Position numbers and translations under genes: made by a program | Virus record (IMG/VR): IMGVR_UViG_3300045988_128600 | Origin: a virus | DNA length: 64,000 nt | Strand: one strand, 5' to 3' | Shown: positions 21,604 through 31,037 of the stretch, one piece after another | Position numbering within the stretch: position 1 is the first letter of the stretch | Layout: each line of letters begins with the position of its first letter | The notes under the pieces: model-generated | The model's input: only the letters and a program-made list of their open reading frames with translations | The model's database searches: none | What the model was told of the DNA's origin: nothing

Positions 21604-21849
21604 TTAAAAGATTTCAACTGCGTCTTCAAAAAGATTGAGAAACTCTTCGGCAGTCTCAGAAGATACAAGAATACTTGTTGAAGCATTGAACTGCCAATCA
21701 ATGTAGATAAATGAGAGCGGACCACCGCCCGCTTCCGCGATTTCCTCCGCATAAGTTTCAGAATTTACGGGTCGAATTTCGACGGCATTAATATTGTTAG
21801 TATTAATAAGATACTTAGAACCGCGGAAGTTGTGTAAAATTACAATCAT
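21604..21849 (-). CDS. hypothetical protein
   Basis: 81-aa ORF. Confidence 0.35.
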   Translation of the reverse strand: MIVILHNFRGSKYLINTNNINAVEIRPVNSETYAEEIAEAGGGPLSFIYIDWQFNASTSILVSSETAEEFLNLFEDAVEIF

Positions 21850-22116
21850 CTAAATGCCTCCTCAGATACAAAATTTTTAAGTTGTCTTAGAATTGCGACA
21901 CCATCAGAATAACCATCATCAAAGACATACTCATAATGAGATTTATCATTCATATAAAAGTCAAGTTTTGTTTCAAAAGTTTCAGCAGAAATGCTGTCAT
22001 TATCTGAATTATCCTTGGCAATATGAGAAATAAGAACCATGACGATTTCATTTACGTTAAGAAAAGCGCGGTCGCCATTAGACATTTTAAAATAAATCAA
22101 TTCACCTTTGTTCATT
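21846..22116 (-). CDS. hypothetical protein
   Basis: Start placed at the ATG (MNKGEL) immediately after the stop of the upstream gene. The TTG-called longer ORF overlaps 22117..22716. Confidence 0.35.
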
Positions 22117-22716
22117 TTACTTCTCCACAATATAGTCTTTCGCCACGTCTGTTCCTTCTGGAATATAAAGATAAACTCGCGCTGATTTAGAACAGATAAA
22201 GAACCACTCTCTCCAATCGCCATAACGAGGGATGCGCTTTTCAGCGTGCGGAACCTGATTAGAGTAAACAACTACCGTATCATTCACGGGATAATTCTTA
22301 GTGCTTGTAATGCCATCAGCGCTAAGCGTAAGATAAGTGTAATAAACACTTTCACCTTCGAATGCGCGGTAAGTATAGATACAGCCATCATCATCCATAC
22401 TTGTTAGCTCTTGGGCTTCCGTAATTGTATAATCGTATTCGGAATAATCCTCTTTAACAGAAGACATTATAACTCCACCAAATAGACTTATGGTAAGATA
22501 AAGACAAACGCCGAGCCAAAAGGCGGGAATAATTTGACGGGGAATGTCAACGCGGTCGCGGTGAGACCAATTGCGGAAGTGCTTAGCTTTAGGATCGGAA
22601 AGAGTGCTGTAATAGCCATAGCTACAATATGCAGAATGAATGGCGAAAATCAGAAAAATAATTAAGGTCGGTAGAACAAATCCGCCCACCAGCGTTTTCA
22701 AGAAGAAGATAAGCAT
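22117..22716 (-). CDS. membrane protein
   Basis: N-terminal TM helices. Confidence 0.45.
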   Translation of the reverse strand: MLIFFLKTLVGGFVLPTLIIFLIFAIHSAYCSYGYYSTLSDPKAKHFRNWSHRDRVDIPRQIIPAFWLGVCLYLTISLFGGVIMSSVKEDYSEYDYTITEAQELTSMDDDGCIYTYRAFEGESVYYTYLTLSADGITSTKNYPVNDTVVVYSNQVPHAEKRIPRYGDWREWFFICSKSARVYLYIPEGTDVAKDYIVEK

Positions 22717-22730
22717 ATTTAAAAACTCCT

Positions 22731-23180
22731 TTAAAGAATAGGTTTAAGTTTATCGCAGTAATTGAAATCTCTCATACAACCATTTTCCTCAGTGAAACAA
22801 GAACAACCATTTTGGCAAGTATTACGAACAATGTCGGGATTACGGACATTCGTGATGGCTTGCATATTTCCAACGATTTCTCGCTTTTGGATCATTTTCG
22901 GTGTGTCGGGAGAAGCATCAAACGCGCAGTTCACATTTTGTTCACAATTTGCGCATGTGTTAAGTTTTGCCCAACATTTATCGCAATAAGTGTTGCCTTG
23001 ATCGTCGATGATCATTTGTTTATGGAAAATTGGAGTATGACATGCTTTACAAGTGTAATATTCACCGCAAAGAAAATTATCGCAGATCGCATGATTTGGG
23101 TCAATTGTGTTGCCTGTGATTTGACATAATCCGGTCGTTGGCCGGTAATAACCGCAGTTACTACAATAAAAAGTCATCAT
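22731..23180 (-). CDS. Cys-rich (multi zinc-binding) protein
   Basis: About 25 Cys in 149 aa, arranged in CxxC patterns. Confidence 0.45.
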   Translation of the reverse strand: MMTFYCSNCGYYRPTTGLCQITGNTIDPNHAICDNFLCGEYYTCKACHTPIFHKQMIIDDQGNTYCDKCWAKLNTCANCEQNVNCAFDASPDTPKMIQKREIVGNMQAITNVRNPDIVRNTCQNGCSCFTEENGCMRDFNYCDKLKPIL

Positions 23181-23431
23181 AGTAGTTTAGCAGAATATGG
23201 AGCATCTTCGCCGTCAAATTTTAGAATCTTATCGGCGAGTTCGCGGTTAACGCGCAAAGGACCATCGTCAAGAGGGGTAAATGCGACAGTGATAAGATTT
23301 TCGAAATATTCTCCTGCCCAACGGCCGGCTTCTGCGAGGGTTTCCGCGAAGATAAAACCGCACGTGAATTTATCTATTTTGTCGGAGTCGTCCCAATAAC
23401 GTGCTTCATAATAAACGGGGCATTGCTTCAT
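23177..23431 (-). CDS. hypothetical protein
   Basis: 84-aa ORF. Confidence 0.4.
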   Translation of the reverse strand: MKQCPVYYEARYWDDSDKIDKFTCGFIFAETLAEAGRWAGEYFENLITVAFTPLDDGPLRVNRELADKILKFDGEDAPYSAKLL

Positions 23432-23447
23432 ATTTATTTTCCTTTCT

Positions 23448-23786
23448 TTAAGAAATTGTAGAGATTAGAAAAATCTCGGGATCATCAAGGCTTTCGATGG
23501 GGATTTTAAGAAACTTTGCGTAAGCTTCCTTCATTGTGTTATTAAGGCGATAATATTCCTGCGGAGCGATGAAGATATTGTCGATGCGGACGGCCTGTCC
23601 CGATTCAGCTTCGCCGAGAACATAACCAAAGACCGGATTTTCATCGTTATCATAGTAGCTTGCGCGATGCCAATAGCCTTCCTCAGTAAGCTGTTCGATA
23701 GCCTCAGTCATATTATCATAGTTCTCAAGAAGGTTCTTGGGGACTTTATAGCCACATACGAGCTTAGAACCAAAATCAACAGACAT
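23448..23786 (-). CDS. hypothetical protein
   Basis: 112-aa ORF. Confidence 0.4.
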   Translation of the reverse strand: MSVDFGSKLVCGYKVPKNLLENYDNMTEAIEQLTEEGYWHRASYYDNDENPVFGYVLGEAESGQAVRIDNIFIAPQEYYRLNNTMKEAYAKFLKIPIESLDDPEIFLISTIS

Positions 23787-23787
23787 A

Positions 23788-23985
23788 TTACTTATCCTCC
23801 TTAAGAATAGAATTGATAAAAGTGCTATACTCAGTGGGTCTTACATAATATGCGGTTTTTATTTTATTATCCCAAAGAATCGTCATAAGCTTGTCAGACC
23901 CAGAATTTTTTACGCAAATTGACCGAATGAAAGTTGTATTGATGATATGAATTTGACCTTGATTATCAATAAGTTTAGCAAGCAT
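23788..23985 (-). CDS. hypothetical protein
   Basis: 65-aa ORF; first gene after the middle-type promoter motif at about 23990-24050. Confidence 0.4.
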   Translation of the reverse strand: MLAKLIDNQGQIHIINTTFIRSICVKNSGSDKLMTILWDNKIKTAYYVRPTEYSTFINSILKEDK

Positions 23986-24109
23986 TTTTTATCACCTTTA
24001 ATAGTTTTTCTTTATTTTATATTTATATTATATATTAAAATTTAATAAAAATCAATAAAGCGGTTTTGTCGCCCCAAGGTGGTATAAAGACTGGGTTTAA
24101 TGATCGGCT

Positions 24110-24235
24110 TATCAAAAATGGTCATTTTAAATGAAAATGGTCAAAATTTTCTATATGTTGGTCTAAAATTTCTATATTTTTGTCCGTTTTTTTCTATATT
24201 TCTGGTCAAAAAATGCTGATAAAGAGATCGGATAG
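24110..24235. repeat. cluster of direct repeats (GGTCAAAATTTCTATAT-like, x4)
   Basis: The sequences ggtcattttaaatg, ggtcaaaattttctatatg, ggtctaaaatttctatatt and tttttctatatttctggtcaaaaaatg follow one another directly. Confidence 0.5.
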
Positions 24236-24259
24236 CAAGTATAGAGGCGGATTAGGGCA

Positions 24260-24455
24260 AGGAAAACCGCGTTGGTAATTTTTCATAGTTGCTTATTTTC
24301 ATATAGATGTCTAAATTTTAAACAAAATAGGTAAAAATTTTAGGTAATTTTTCATAGTTCCCTATTTTTATTTAGAATTTGTAGGTAATTTTTAATAGTT
24401 AGCGATCGGTTTAGTTAGAATTTTTAAGAAATTTTTCATAGTTGCCTTTAAAAAT
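24260..24455. repeat. iterons, TAGGTAATTTTTCATAGTT x4, upstream of the RepA_N-like gene
   Basis: Four spaced copies of ggtaatttttcatagtt (or ...aatagtt) separated by about 50 bp. Confidence 0.6.
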
Positions 24456-24505
24456 ATACTTTGGGTAAAAATTGTTAAAATTACTATTTTAGATTTGAAG
24501 TATAT

Positions 24506-25156
24506 ATGAAGGAGGTGGAAGCGTTGCCAGTAGAATAGAAAAGATTTCCTGCTAATGTAGATATGAATATATTAACTTTTTTAAATAATAAGAAAATAAA
24601 TGGTGAATTATATGCTTATTTATAGAGTTTATCTGAATATAATGTTATTAGTAAATAGCATAATATTTATAAAACTTATGTATTGAAAAAATGGTTGCCA
24701 ATTCAAAGTAAGATGTGTCAAATGCTTGGTATTAAAAGTCCTAAAACATTAAAAACGCATTTGAATTATTTAATTGAACAAGGGTATATTATAGAAGAAG
24801 AAGATAGATATATATTACCTGAAATGGAAAATATATATTTTCTTATTCCTTTACATACATTAAGATATATAAATGATAACTGTAAAGAACATATTATAAA
24901 GATATATATTTATTTGGGATAGCGTTATAAATATGCGTTAAATAATGGAAGTTAGTATGAATTTACATTAGAGGAAATTGGAGAACATAGCGGTATAAAA
25001 GTTAAGAATAATAGCAGAGGTTATGAAATTATTAATAATGCTTTAACGTTTTTATAGAATTCAGAATTGATTGATTATGTTAGTTTTTTTGATGGATAGA
25101 TGTAGAAAAAGAAATTAACAAAATTTAGTTTTGAATATAAAAATTAGAATAGGTAA
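24506..25156 (+). CDS. RepA_N / DnaD-like replication initiator (winged helix), TAG-recoded
   Basis: AAGGAGG SD then ATG at 24506. With 7 in-frame TAG read as sense the product is about 216 aa. ELYAYLQSLS...WLPIQSKMCQMLGIKSPKTLKTHLNYLIEQGYI matches the RepA_N helix-turn-helix pattern, and a second wing follows (TLEEIGEHSGI). Ends TAA at 25154-25156. Confidence 0.5.
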
Positions 25157-25240
25157 TTTTTAATAGTTGCTTAATAGGCATTTTAGGTAATTTTTCATAG
25201 ATGCTTCGACTTAAATTAGGTAAAAAATCATAGATTATCT
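25140..25240. repeat. iterons, TAGGTAATTTTT(C/A)ATAG x3, downstream of the RepA_N-like gene
   Basis: Same motif as at 24260-24455, so the gene is bracketed by the repeat on both sides. Confidence 0.55.
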
Positions 25241-25264
25241 AAGTAATAAGTAGAGGGTGTTTCC

Positions 25265-25330
25265 TAAGTAGTTTGTATGATACAAATGATCGGCTTCGCC
25301 TCACTTTGTATCATACAAACATTTGATTTT
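25265..25330 (+). terminator. long-stem hairpin terminator
   Basis: gtttgtatgatacaaa ... tttgtatcatacaaac, a 16-bp stem, followed by a T-run. Confidence 0.5.
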
Positions 25331-25352
25331 TTTGTAAGAAAGGTAATGTAGA

Positions 25353-25916
25353 ATGAAAAAAGAAGAATGGTCTAAATTAATAGGTCATGGAATAAGAGAA
25401 GATACTTATATTTTGTTAGAAAGAATGCGTGGTGGGGAAAAATATAATGATATTATAAAAGACATAGATAATAATAGAGAGAAATATCATATAAAGAAGT
25501 ATACTGCTTTATCAAAAAGAGAAACAGTAGAGAAATATTTGTTAATAGCTAATAATGAAGAAAAAGTTAAATTAAATAATATAGAAAATAAACATGGTAT
25601 TTATGGAATATATATAAATAATATTTTGATTTATATTGGCAAAACTACTACTTCATTTAAAGTAAGATTTCAATAGCATAAACATTTTATGAATGTAGAG
25701 GAAAATAAAGATTATTTATATTAGATATTAAAATGTGCTAAATAGAATAATTAGATTATAACATTAAAACCGCTTATTATAGTAGAAGATTTAAAAGTTC
25801 AATATCCTATCAAAGATAGAGATTTAGATGCTATGGAGTTAGCCTTAATAACTTTATATAAGCCTTAGTGTAATAAAATTATAGATTTTTTTAAGAGTAA
25901 AAGGAGTAAAATATGA
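25353..25916 (+). CDS. GIY-YIG homing endonuclease, TAG-recoded
   Basis: HGIYGIYINNILIYIGKT is a canonical GIY-(10)-YIG. Five in-frame TAGs extend it to about 187 aa; it ends in TGA. Confidence 0.6.
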
Positions 25917-26164
25917 GTTATAGTTATACAGATATAAAAGGCGGAAAAGGCAATCTGTCTATTGTTAAATTTAGAAGAGGAACGCAAGAATAGTTTGATA
26001 AGTTGGATAAGACAGGTATGATAAAACCTGATTTATATATGAAAGATGATACTCTTTATTTAGTTATTCCTACAAATACAAAGCCAGTAGAGGTAGCATT
26101 TGACAGTGATAAGCCTGAATCAATAGAAGAAAATCCATTCTTACAAGATTCTATTTGCTATTAA
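25913..26164 (+). CDS. hypothetical protein (one in-frame TAG)
   Basis: ATGA overlap with the upstream stop; AAAGGAG SD. Confidence 0.35.
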
Positions 26165-26302
26165 TTAAAAATTATATTATAATATAAATAGTAAAGAAAG
26201 AAATAAAATTATCCGGGGTATATTATTTCTATATAGAGTAGGGGTATTTATTCCGGGGAGCATTTCAAAAAATAAAATGAAAGTAAGGATTTGAAAACTG
26301 AA

Positions 26303-26674
26303 ATGAAATTTGATACTAAAACCTTAAAAGAGAATAATGGAAAAAAGGTAGGCGTTTTCCGCAATTGGAATGTAATTGCAACTACTAAGAAAGAGTTCTT
26401 TAATAGGGAGAATACGCAAGGCGCTTATCTTATCTGGGACGATTGTAATAAGTTGGTTTTTAATGGTAAGGTTGTTGGTAGAATTGGTGAGCAGGGTAGG
26501 GTGGAATATATCGAAAGTGAATATAGATATGTGAGGCCGCAGACGACTTCGGACACGAGCGCCCTTGTTGATGTTGCTTCTGGATCGGAAGATGTGGATC
26601 TTAGCAAGCGCACACTTGCTGATGACATTCTTGATAATGCGTTTAAGACAAAGTTGGAAGAGCTTTTAGTATAA
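26303..26674 (+). CDS. hypothetical protein
   Basis: ATG (MKFDTK) with SD; 123 aa. Confidence 0.4.
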   Translation: MKFDTKTLKENNGKKVGVFRNWNVIATTKKEFFNRENTQGAYLIWDDCNKLVFNGKVVGRIGEQGRVEYIESEYRYVRPQTTSDTSALVDVASGSEDVDLSKRTLADDILDNAFKTKLEELLV

Positions 26675-26687
26675 GGAGGATATTATG

Positions 26688-26762
26688 AGTGGTATTATTT
26701 GGTTTTTAATTGGTGTAGCTGTTGGATATTGCATATGGAACGCTGGAAGAGATCGATAATAG
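26688..26762 (+). CDS. 24-aa hydrophobic mini-protein
   Basis: TAAGGAGGA SD then ATG; translation MSGIIWFLIGVAVGYCIWNAGRDR. Confidence 0.3.
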
Positions 26763-26914
26763 ATCTATATTGGTTGATTCGCTTCTGGATAACAATTAAA
26801 TGTTCGGATACTACGTATCCTCACTGTAAGGGGAAAAAGGATTAAATTATAAGAGACGGGTTGAAATCGTAGAAATATTAGTAGTTGTTAATATTGTTAA
26901 AATCACTAATATTG

Positions 26915-27018
26915 CTATTAAAAGTGTGAAAATTACTATTAAAAGTGTGAAAATTGCGAGAGTGTGAAAATTACTAAAATTGCGAGAGTGTGAAAATTAC
27001 TAAAATTGCGAGAGTGTG
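26915..27018. repeat. imperfect tandem repeats carrying GTGTGAAAATT x5 (unit about 22-26 bp)
   Basis: The unit actaaaattgcgagagtgtgaaaatt is repeated about 2.5 times, with variant copies upstream. Confidence 0.6.
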
Positions 27019-27068
27019 ATGCCGATCGGTTTAACCAATCACCAACCACATTTTCCCCGTCTCCGCTC

Positions 27069-27110
27069 TCCGAGCCTAAAAAAAAGAGAGACTTTTTTTA
27101 GTCTCTCTTT
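27069..27110. terminator. bidirectional rho-independent terminator
   Basis: aaaagagagact-ttttttt-agtctctctttt hairpin. Confidence 0.6.
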
Positions 27111-27180
27111 TTTCATATTAAGCAATTCTTGGTGAAATTGTCGATTCTTAGAATGAAAAATATCTCATCCGACACATTGT

Positions 27181-27558
27181 TCACTTATTGATGAAAGTAT
27201 TCAAAAAATCGGCAATTACATCATCATCGGTTCTCTTAACCTTCTTAACCTTTACTGGCTCACTCTTGGGAAAAAGCACGTCAAGAAGACCGTTAACCCC
27301 GGTCATAAGACCGTAAACCTCAGCAAAGATGGTCTCCACATCGGACGCGGTCAACGCGGAATCCTTGCAGCCATTAAGAGCGGCATACTCGTTAATCCGA
27401 TCGGCGATTTCCTGCGCGAGCGCGGTCTTCCGATCGGCCTGCTTGGTTTCCTTCTCCACCTGCTTAACCGCATCATTCAGAGACTTAGCCATTTCGTCCG
27501 CAATAACCTGAGCGTCCTCACCATTTTTCAGACGAGCAATAATATCATTCATATCCAT
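27181..27558 (-). CDS. hypothetical protein
   Basis: Start placed at MDMNDII, directly after the middle-type promoter motif and SD. Confidence 0.45.
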   Translation of the reverse strand: MDMNDIIARLKNGEDAQVIADEMAKSLNDAVKQVEKETKQADRKTALAQEIADRINEYAALNGCKDSALTASDVETIFAEVYGLMTGVNGLLDVLFPKSEPVKVKKVKRTDDDVIADFLNTFINK

Positions 27559-27878
27559 ATGAATACCTCTTTTCTTATTTTCTATATATATTATATACTT
27601 TTTTTTTAAAAATGTCAAGATTTTTTTGGACGAAAACATACGCGTGAAACAATGTAAGGGCGAAGCAATTTTTAATTAATCATAAAGGCATATGATCCTA
27701 CGCGAGCTTAAAAAAGTCTTTTTTTACTATTATAACATATTTTTTATAAAAAGTCAATTTTCGGGATTTTTTTGGGCCATATGGAGAGGTGCTAGAAGTA
27801 TGAAAAATTTTGCATATGGGCATACCGATCGGAAACTCGGCCCGCGACGTTCCACCGCGGGCCGGTCAATCCAGTGTA

Positions 27879-28493
27879 TTAGAGTTCTTGAAGCAACTCC
27901 AAAGTTTTTTCGTATCCATACTTATTTATCAATCGAGTTGTTTCAATTATAATTTCTTTTCGATTCATTAGCATCCATCTGGGGTTATCTTCCGGCGAAC
28001 CCCATCTAAGATTTTCTAATCTATTATCAGTGCGGTTTCCGTTAATGTGATCTATAATCTATTCTTCAAAATTAATATTTGGTTGCCAAGATTGTAATAC
28101 TATACGATGTAAATTATAATTCTAATTATTAATAGAAACTCTAACATACCCCTAATAAATTGTTCCTTTTAAAATTATTTTAGTCCGTTTATTCCTAACT
28201 CGACCTAAATTAGAAACTTCATAATTCTTAGAGCAATAAGTTTCTATCCATTTTTCTCCATCTAATTCTGTCGTATCACTTCTGCGAGTAGAAAATAAAG
28301 ATTTATCAACGTCTTGCTTTTCCGTGCGCTCAACGGTATAAACTGCTTTTGCTCCAATACCTGTTCTTGTAATTAAGAATCCTCGTTTTAATTGATTCTT
28401 ACAAAACAAAGGAAAATTTGCACTAATTGTGGAGATTGCTACTCCAAAATAATCTGCTAATTCTTGTTTATTCAAAATAATCAGTCCTTTCAT
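27879..28493 (-). CDS. HNH homing endonuclease (N-terminal HTH, NUMOD4-like, HNH_3), TAG-recoded
   Basis: N-terminal HTH (QELADYFGVAISTIS) and a WIETYCSKNYEVSNLGRVRN NUMOD4-like motif precede TAG at 28152. Reading 4 TAGs as sense reveals DHINGNRTDNR-x-KNLRWGSPEDN, which is the HNH motif. Ends TAA at 27879-27881. Confidence 0.65.
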
Positions 28494-28654
28494 TATTATA
28501 TAAATTTTGGGATTTCATAATTTTCTATTTTTGTCCAATAATTTTTTTGCAAAATTTGCTAAACCTATAATTATTCCAAAATTCCGCCCGGAGCGTCAGT
28601 GATCGGGCGGTCCATTATACCACGTTTTCCGATCGGTGTCAATAGGTAAAATGC

Positions 28655-28685
28655 ACAAAAAAATCAGCAGGTTTTAGTCAACCTG
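28655..28685 (-). terminator. rho-independent terminator
   Basis: cagcaggttgactaaaacctgctg hairpin followed by a T-run on the minus strand, 3' of gene 28698..29114. Confidence 0.55.
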
Positions 28686-28697
28686 CTGATTGAATAT

Positions 28698-29114
28698 TTA
28701 TGCAAGAAATGCGTTTACAATTTCATCGAACACCGTGGGGTTAATGTCCACATTAAAAAAACGGTCATTCTTGCGGAACGCTTTGGGGTATCGTCTAATC
28801 AGTTCCGCACGCAATGCGCTTTCCGCGCCTTCGGCGGGATAGTCCCCACAAGAACGGATTCGGTGAATTTCAACGCGCGTGATAGCATACTTTTTTGCAT
28901 ACTCGCCGATTTCATCACGCAAGCGCCCTATAACATCTTTTGCGGAAGTGCCTACTTTGTTAAATTCAAGTTCGTCGTTGTTGTAAAACTTAAAAAAGTA
29001 GACTGCTTGAACGTCTTTCAGGTTCTCGCCACAATTAGGCATAAACTCCATAGAAACGGGCGGTCTGCCGTCCTTAAATCGGCGTAGCTTAATAGTAATT
29101 TCTTCCATTAACAC
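28698..29114 (-). CDS. GIY-YIG-like domain protein (putative nuclease)
   Basis: VYFFKF-(10)-KVGTS, then downstream R and E residues; weak GIY-YIG-like pattern. It shares a 29-nt 5'-UTR element with gene 31390..32166. Confidence 0.4.
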   Translation of the reverse strand: MLMEEITIKLRRFKDGRPPVSMEFMPNCGENLKDVQAVYFFKFYNNDELEFNKVGTSAKDVIGRLRDEIGEYAKKYAITRVEIHRIRSCGDYPAEGAESALRAELIRRYPKAFRKNDRFFNVDINPTVFDEIVNAFLA

Positions 29115-29231
29115 AAAATCCTCTCTATTGATTGAGGTTTACCATCGTTCTCTCAACCATTATTTTTTGTACTTTTTTGCTTGTTTTCGGGTGAAAAACC
29201 GCATTTTTCAACGGTTTTTCACCCTTTTTTG

Positions 29232-29639
29232 TCAGTTTTTGGGCTTTCGCTTCTGAATCAGGGTCAATTCATAATCATTTTCGCCCACATGGAACGCAAT
29301 CATGCGCTCAATGTTCGTGATTTCCACATTTTCGCACGCATTTTCGCTGTTTTCACGCAAAAAAGTCGCAAGTTCAGCGATAATCGAGCGTTTTGTGGGG
29401 TTTTCCTTGCGCTGTCGCTTCTCAAACTTATAAGCGGTCGGCGCTTTGCGTGTTCCGGTCTTAGAATACTTGTTAGCTTCTTTGAGCTTTTCCGCGGACA
29501 GGTCAAAGTCTTTGGCGATTCCATGGTCAATGTCATCATCGTCCATGAGAATTTCTTTTGCTTCCTCGGCAGTACAATCCAACTTTTTCATTAGATTGTC
29601 AATCTTTGCCTGAAAGTCCTTTTCACTCATTTTAGGCAT
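29232..29639 (-). CDS. hypothetical protein
   Basis: 135-aa ORF. Overlapping plus-strand and alternative-frame ORFs were judged spurious. Confidence 0.45.
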   Translation of the reverse strand: MPKMSEKDFQAKIDNLMKKLDCTAEEAKEILMDDDDIDHGIAKDFDLSAEKLKEANKYSKTGTRKAPTAYKFEKRQRKENPTKRSIIAELATFLRENSENACENVEITNIERMIAFHVGENDYELTLIQKRKPKN

Positions 29640-29703
29640 TTTCTTTGCCCCCTTTCAAGTATGATTATAACACCGCCGTCAGCAAATGTCAAGAGGAAAA
29701 TGT

Positions 29704-29738
29704 GGGAGCGCCTAATTTTTTTTTAGGCGCTCCCCTTG
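29704..29738. terminator. bidirectional terminator
   Basis: gggagcgcctaa-ttttttt-ttaggcgctccc hairpin. Confidence 0.55.
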
Positions 29739-29740
29739 AA

Positions 29741-30118
29741 TTAACGCGCCATGCGGAAGTAGGACTTGCGCTTGTCCACAATCTTTTCCACCTTGTTGGC
29801 GTCAATCATCTGACGCAGAAGAGCGGAAACGCGCTGGTTGGTGAGGTCGCCCAGATCGTCCACATTCTTAATGAGGTCGGTCACGGTATACAGCTTGTCG
29901 GGGTTTGCGGTCATTTCAGCAAGGATAATGTCCTTGTAGCCGTCGTTGGCAATCTGATTCGCGGTCGGCTTCTTATCGCCCGCGTTCTTCTTGGCGAGCA
30001 ATTCGATTTCGTGGTTGATAAACTCAACCATAGCAGGGTCAGCCTGGACCTCGGACAGCTTGAGCAGAGCCTCGAAACGGTCGCGCTTGGTGAGCTTCTT
30101 AACAGTAGAAGTAGACAT
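29741..30118 (-). CDS. hypothetical protein, paralog family A
   Basis: About 60% identical to 32307..32681 over its length; shares the HEIELLAKKNAGDKKPTA motif. Confidence 0.55.
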   Translation of the reverse strand: MSTSTVKKLTKRDRFEALLKLSEVQADPAMVEFINHEIELLAKKNAGDKKPTANQIANDGYKDIILAEMTANPDKLYTVTDLIKNVDDLGDLTNQRVSALLRQMIDANKVEKIVDKRKSYFRMAR

Positions 30119-30169
30119 AGTATCAATTCCTTTCTTTGGCGGTAGGTCGCTACCCTTTTGATATTATTG

Positions 30170-30198
30170 AGTATACCACACTTTAGAGTGCTTGTCAA
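30170..30198 (-). promoter_or_regulatory. sigma70-type promoter TTGACA-N17-TATACT
   Basis: Read from the minus strand; it drives gene 29741..30118. Confidence 0.55.
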
Positions 30199-30647
30199 GA
30201 GGTTTCGCAAACTTTTCACACGAATTACCGCCCCGACCTGACGGATAATTTATTGTTTGTTGATTCAATCTATTTGTCAGCGGAAAACCGCGTCAAGGAT
30301 AGTTGGTTCAATCAAACTCACTTTCGCGTTCAACGTTTGGCTTTACAACGTGGTGTATTATGTTTACTTCCTATACTTTCTCAAGGTCGCGCGCCCTCGG
30401 ATTTCTTGGGCTACTCCCTCTCGACATTTTCTATTGTAGCACACTCGCTGGGATTTGTCAAGAGGGAATTTCAAATTTCTTTGAAAACGGGTCAGTTACC
30501 GAGTTATCACACCCATCAGCGAAGCCGTTTGGCAATTCACTGTTCCCTCCTGACATTATTCATTATAGCAGATTGCCCGTAGATTGCAATTGACAAAATA
30601 ACCAAATTACGGGAAAAAATTTTCTTCATTTTTGTGCAACTTTTCTC

Positions 30648-30676
30648 TTGACAAAATTGGCGGGGTGTGGTATAAT
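30648..30676 (+). promoter_or_regulatory. consensus sigma70-type promoter TTGACA-N17-(TGg)TATAAT on the plus strand
   Basis: Perfect -35 and -10 hexamers with a 17-bp spacer and an extended -10. It points opposite to the flanking genes. Confidence 0.5.
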
Positions 30677-30683
30677 GGAAAAT

Positions 30684-30790
30684 TCGGACCGCTGCGTACG
30701 CTGGCGGTCCGCCCATTTTATCACAAAAATCCGCATTTGTCAATAGGCAAAATAAACAAAAAAAACTGCCCATTTTTGGGCAGTTTTTTA
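30684..30790 (+). ncRNA. candidate about 105-nt sRNA (repeat-family copy E1)
   Basis: It starts downstream of the consensus promoter with a GC stem-loop (cggaccgc...gcggtccg). An A/U-rich segment follows, then the terminator hairpin ctgccca-ttttt-gggcag and a T-run. Confidence 0.35.
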
Positions 30791-30791
30791 T

Positions 30792-31037
30792 TTAGTCCAG
30801 CAGGTTGATTTCGCCGGGAATTGCGAAAGAATCAGCGTTCAATGTGTAGTTCCAGCCCGTGGCAAAAAATTCAATCGTTCCACACTCTCTGACGTAATTG
30901 TCTACTGACCGCCGAACGTTGTTCCAGAGGTCAGTCTGTCGGCTTTCCGCTCGGGCTTCCTTGACTTCCTTTATTTGGGCGATGAGTTCGTCCAGTTCCT
31001 CGTCAGTCATGCAATTAAAATCTAAATCCATTTTCAA
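30792..31037 (-). CDS. hypothetical protein
   Basis: 81-aa ORF. Confidence 0.45.
   Translation of the reverse strand: MKMDLDFNCMTDEELDELIAQIKEVKEARAESRQTDLWNNVRRSVDNYVRECGTIEFFATGWNYTLNADSFAIPGEINLLD

Noticed and set aside
26220-26270. ccggggtat...ccgggg inverted repeat as a possible tRNA or riboswitch
   Set aside because: There is no cloverleaf and no conserved loops. It is more likely a simple operator or hairpin.
27692-27952. 86-aa plus-strand ORF
   Set aside because: It overlaps the TAG-extended HNH endonuclease gene on the opposite strand.
24100-28640. Recurrent GATCGG hexamer in intergenic DNA, about 8 occurrences
   Set aside because: The motif is short and GC-containing, and its frequency is not clearly above chance. 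It may still be a methylation or binding site but that is unsupported.
29645-30145. Plus-strand ORFs antisense to paralog-family-A genes (also 32241-32744, 36025-36618, 37814-38449)
   Set aside because: The minus-strand partners have paralogs, promoters and SDs. The plus-strand frames have no start context.
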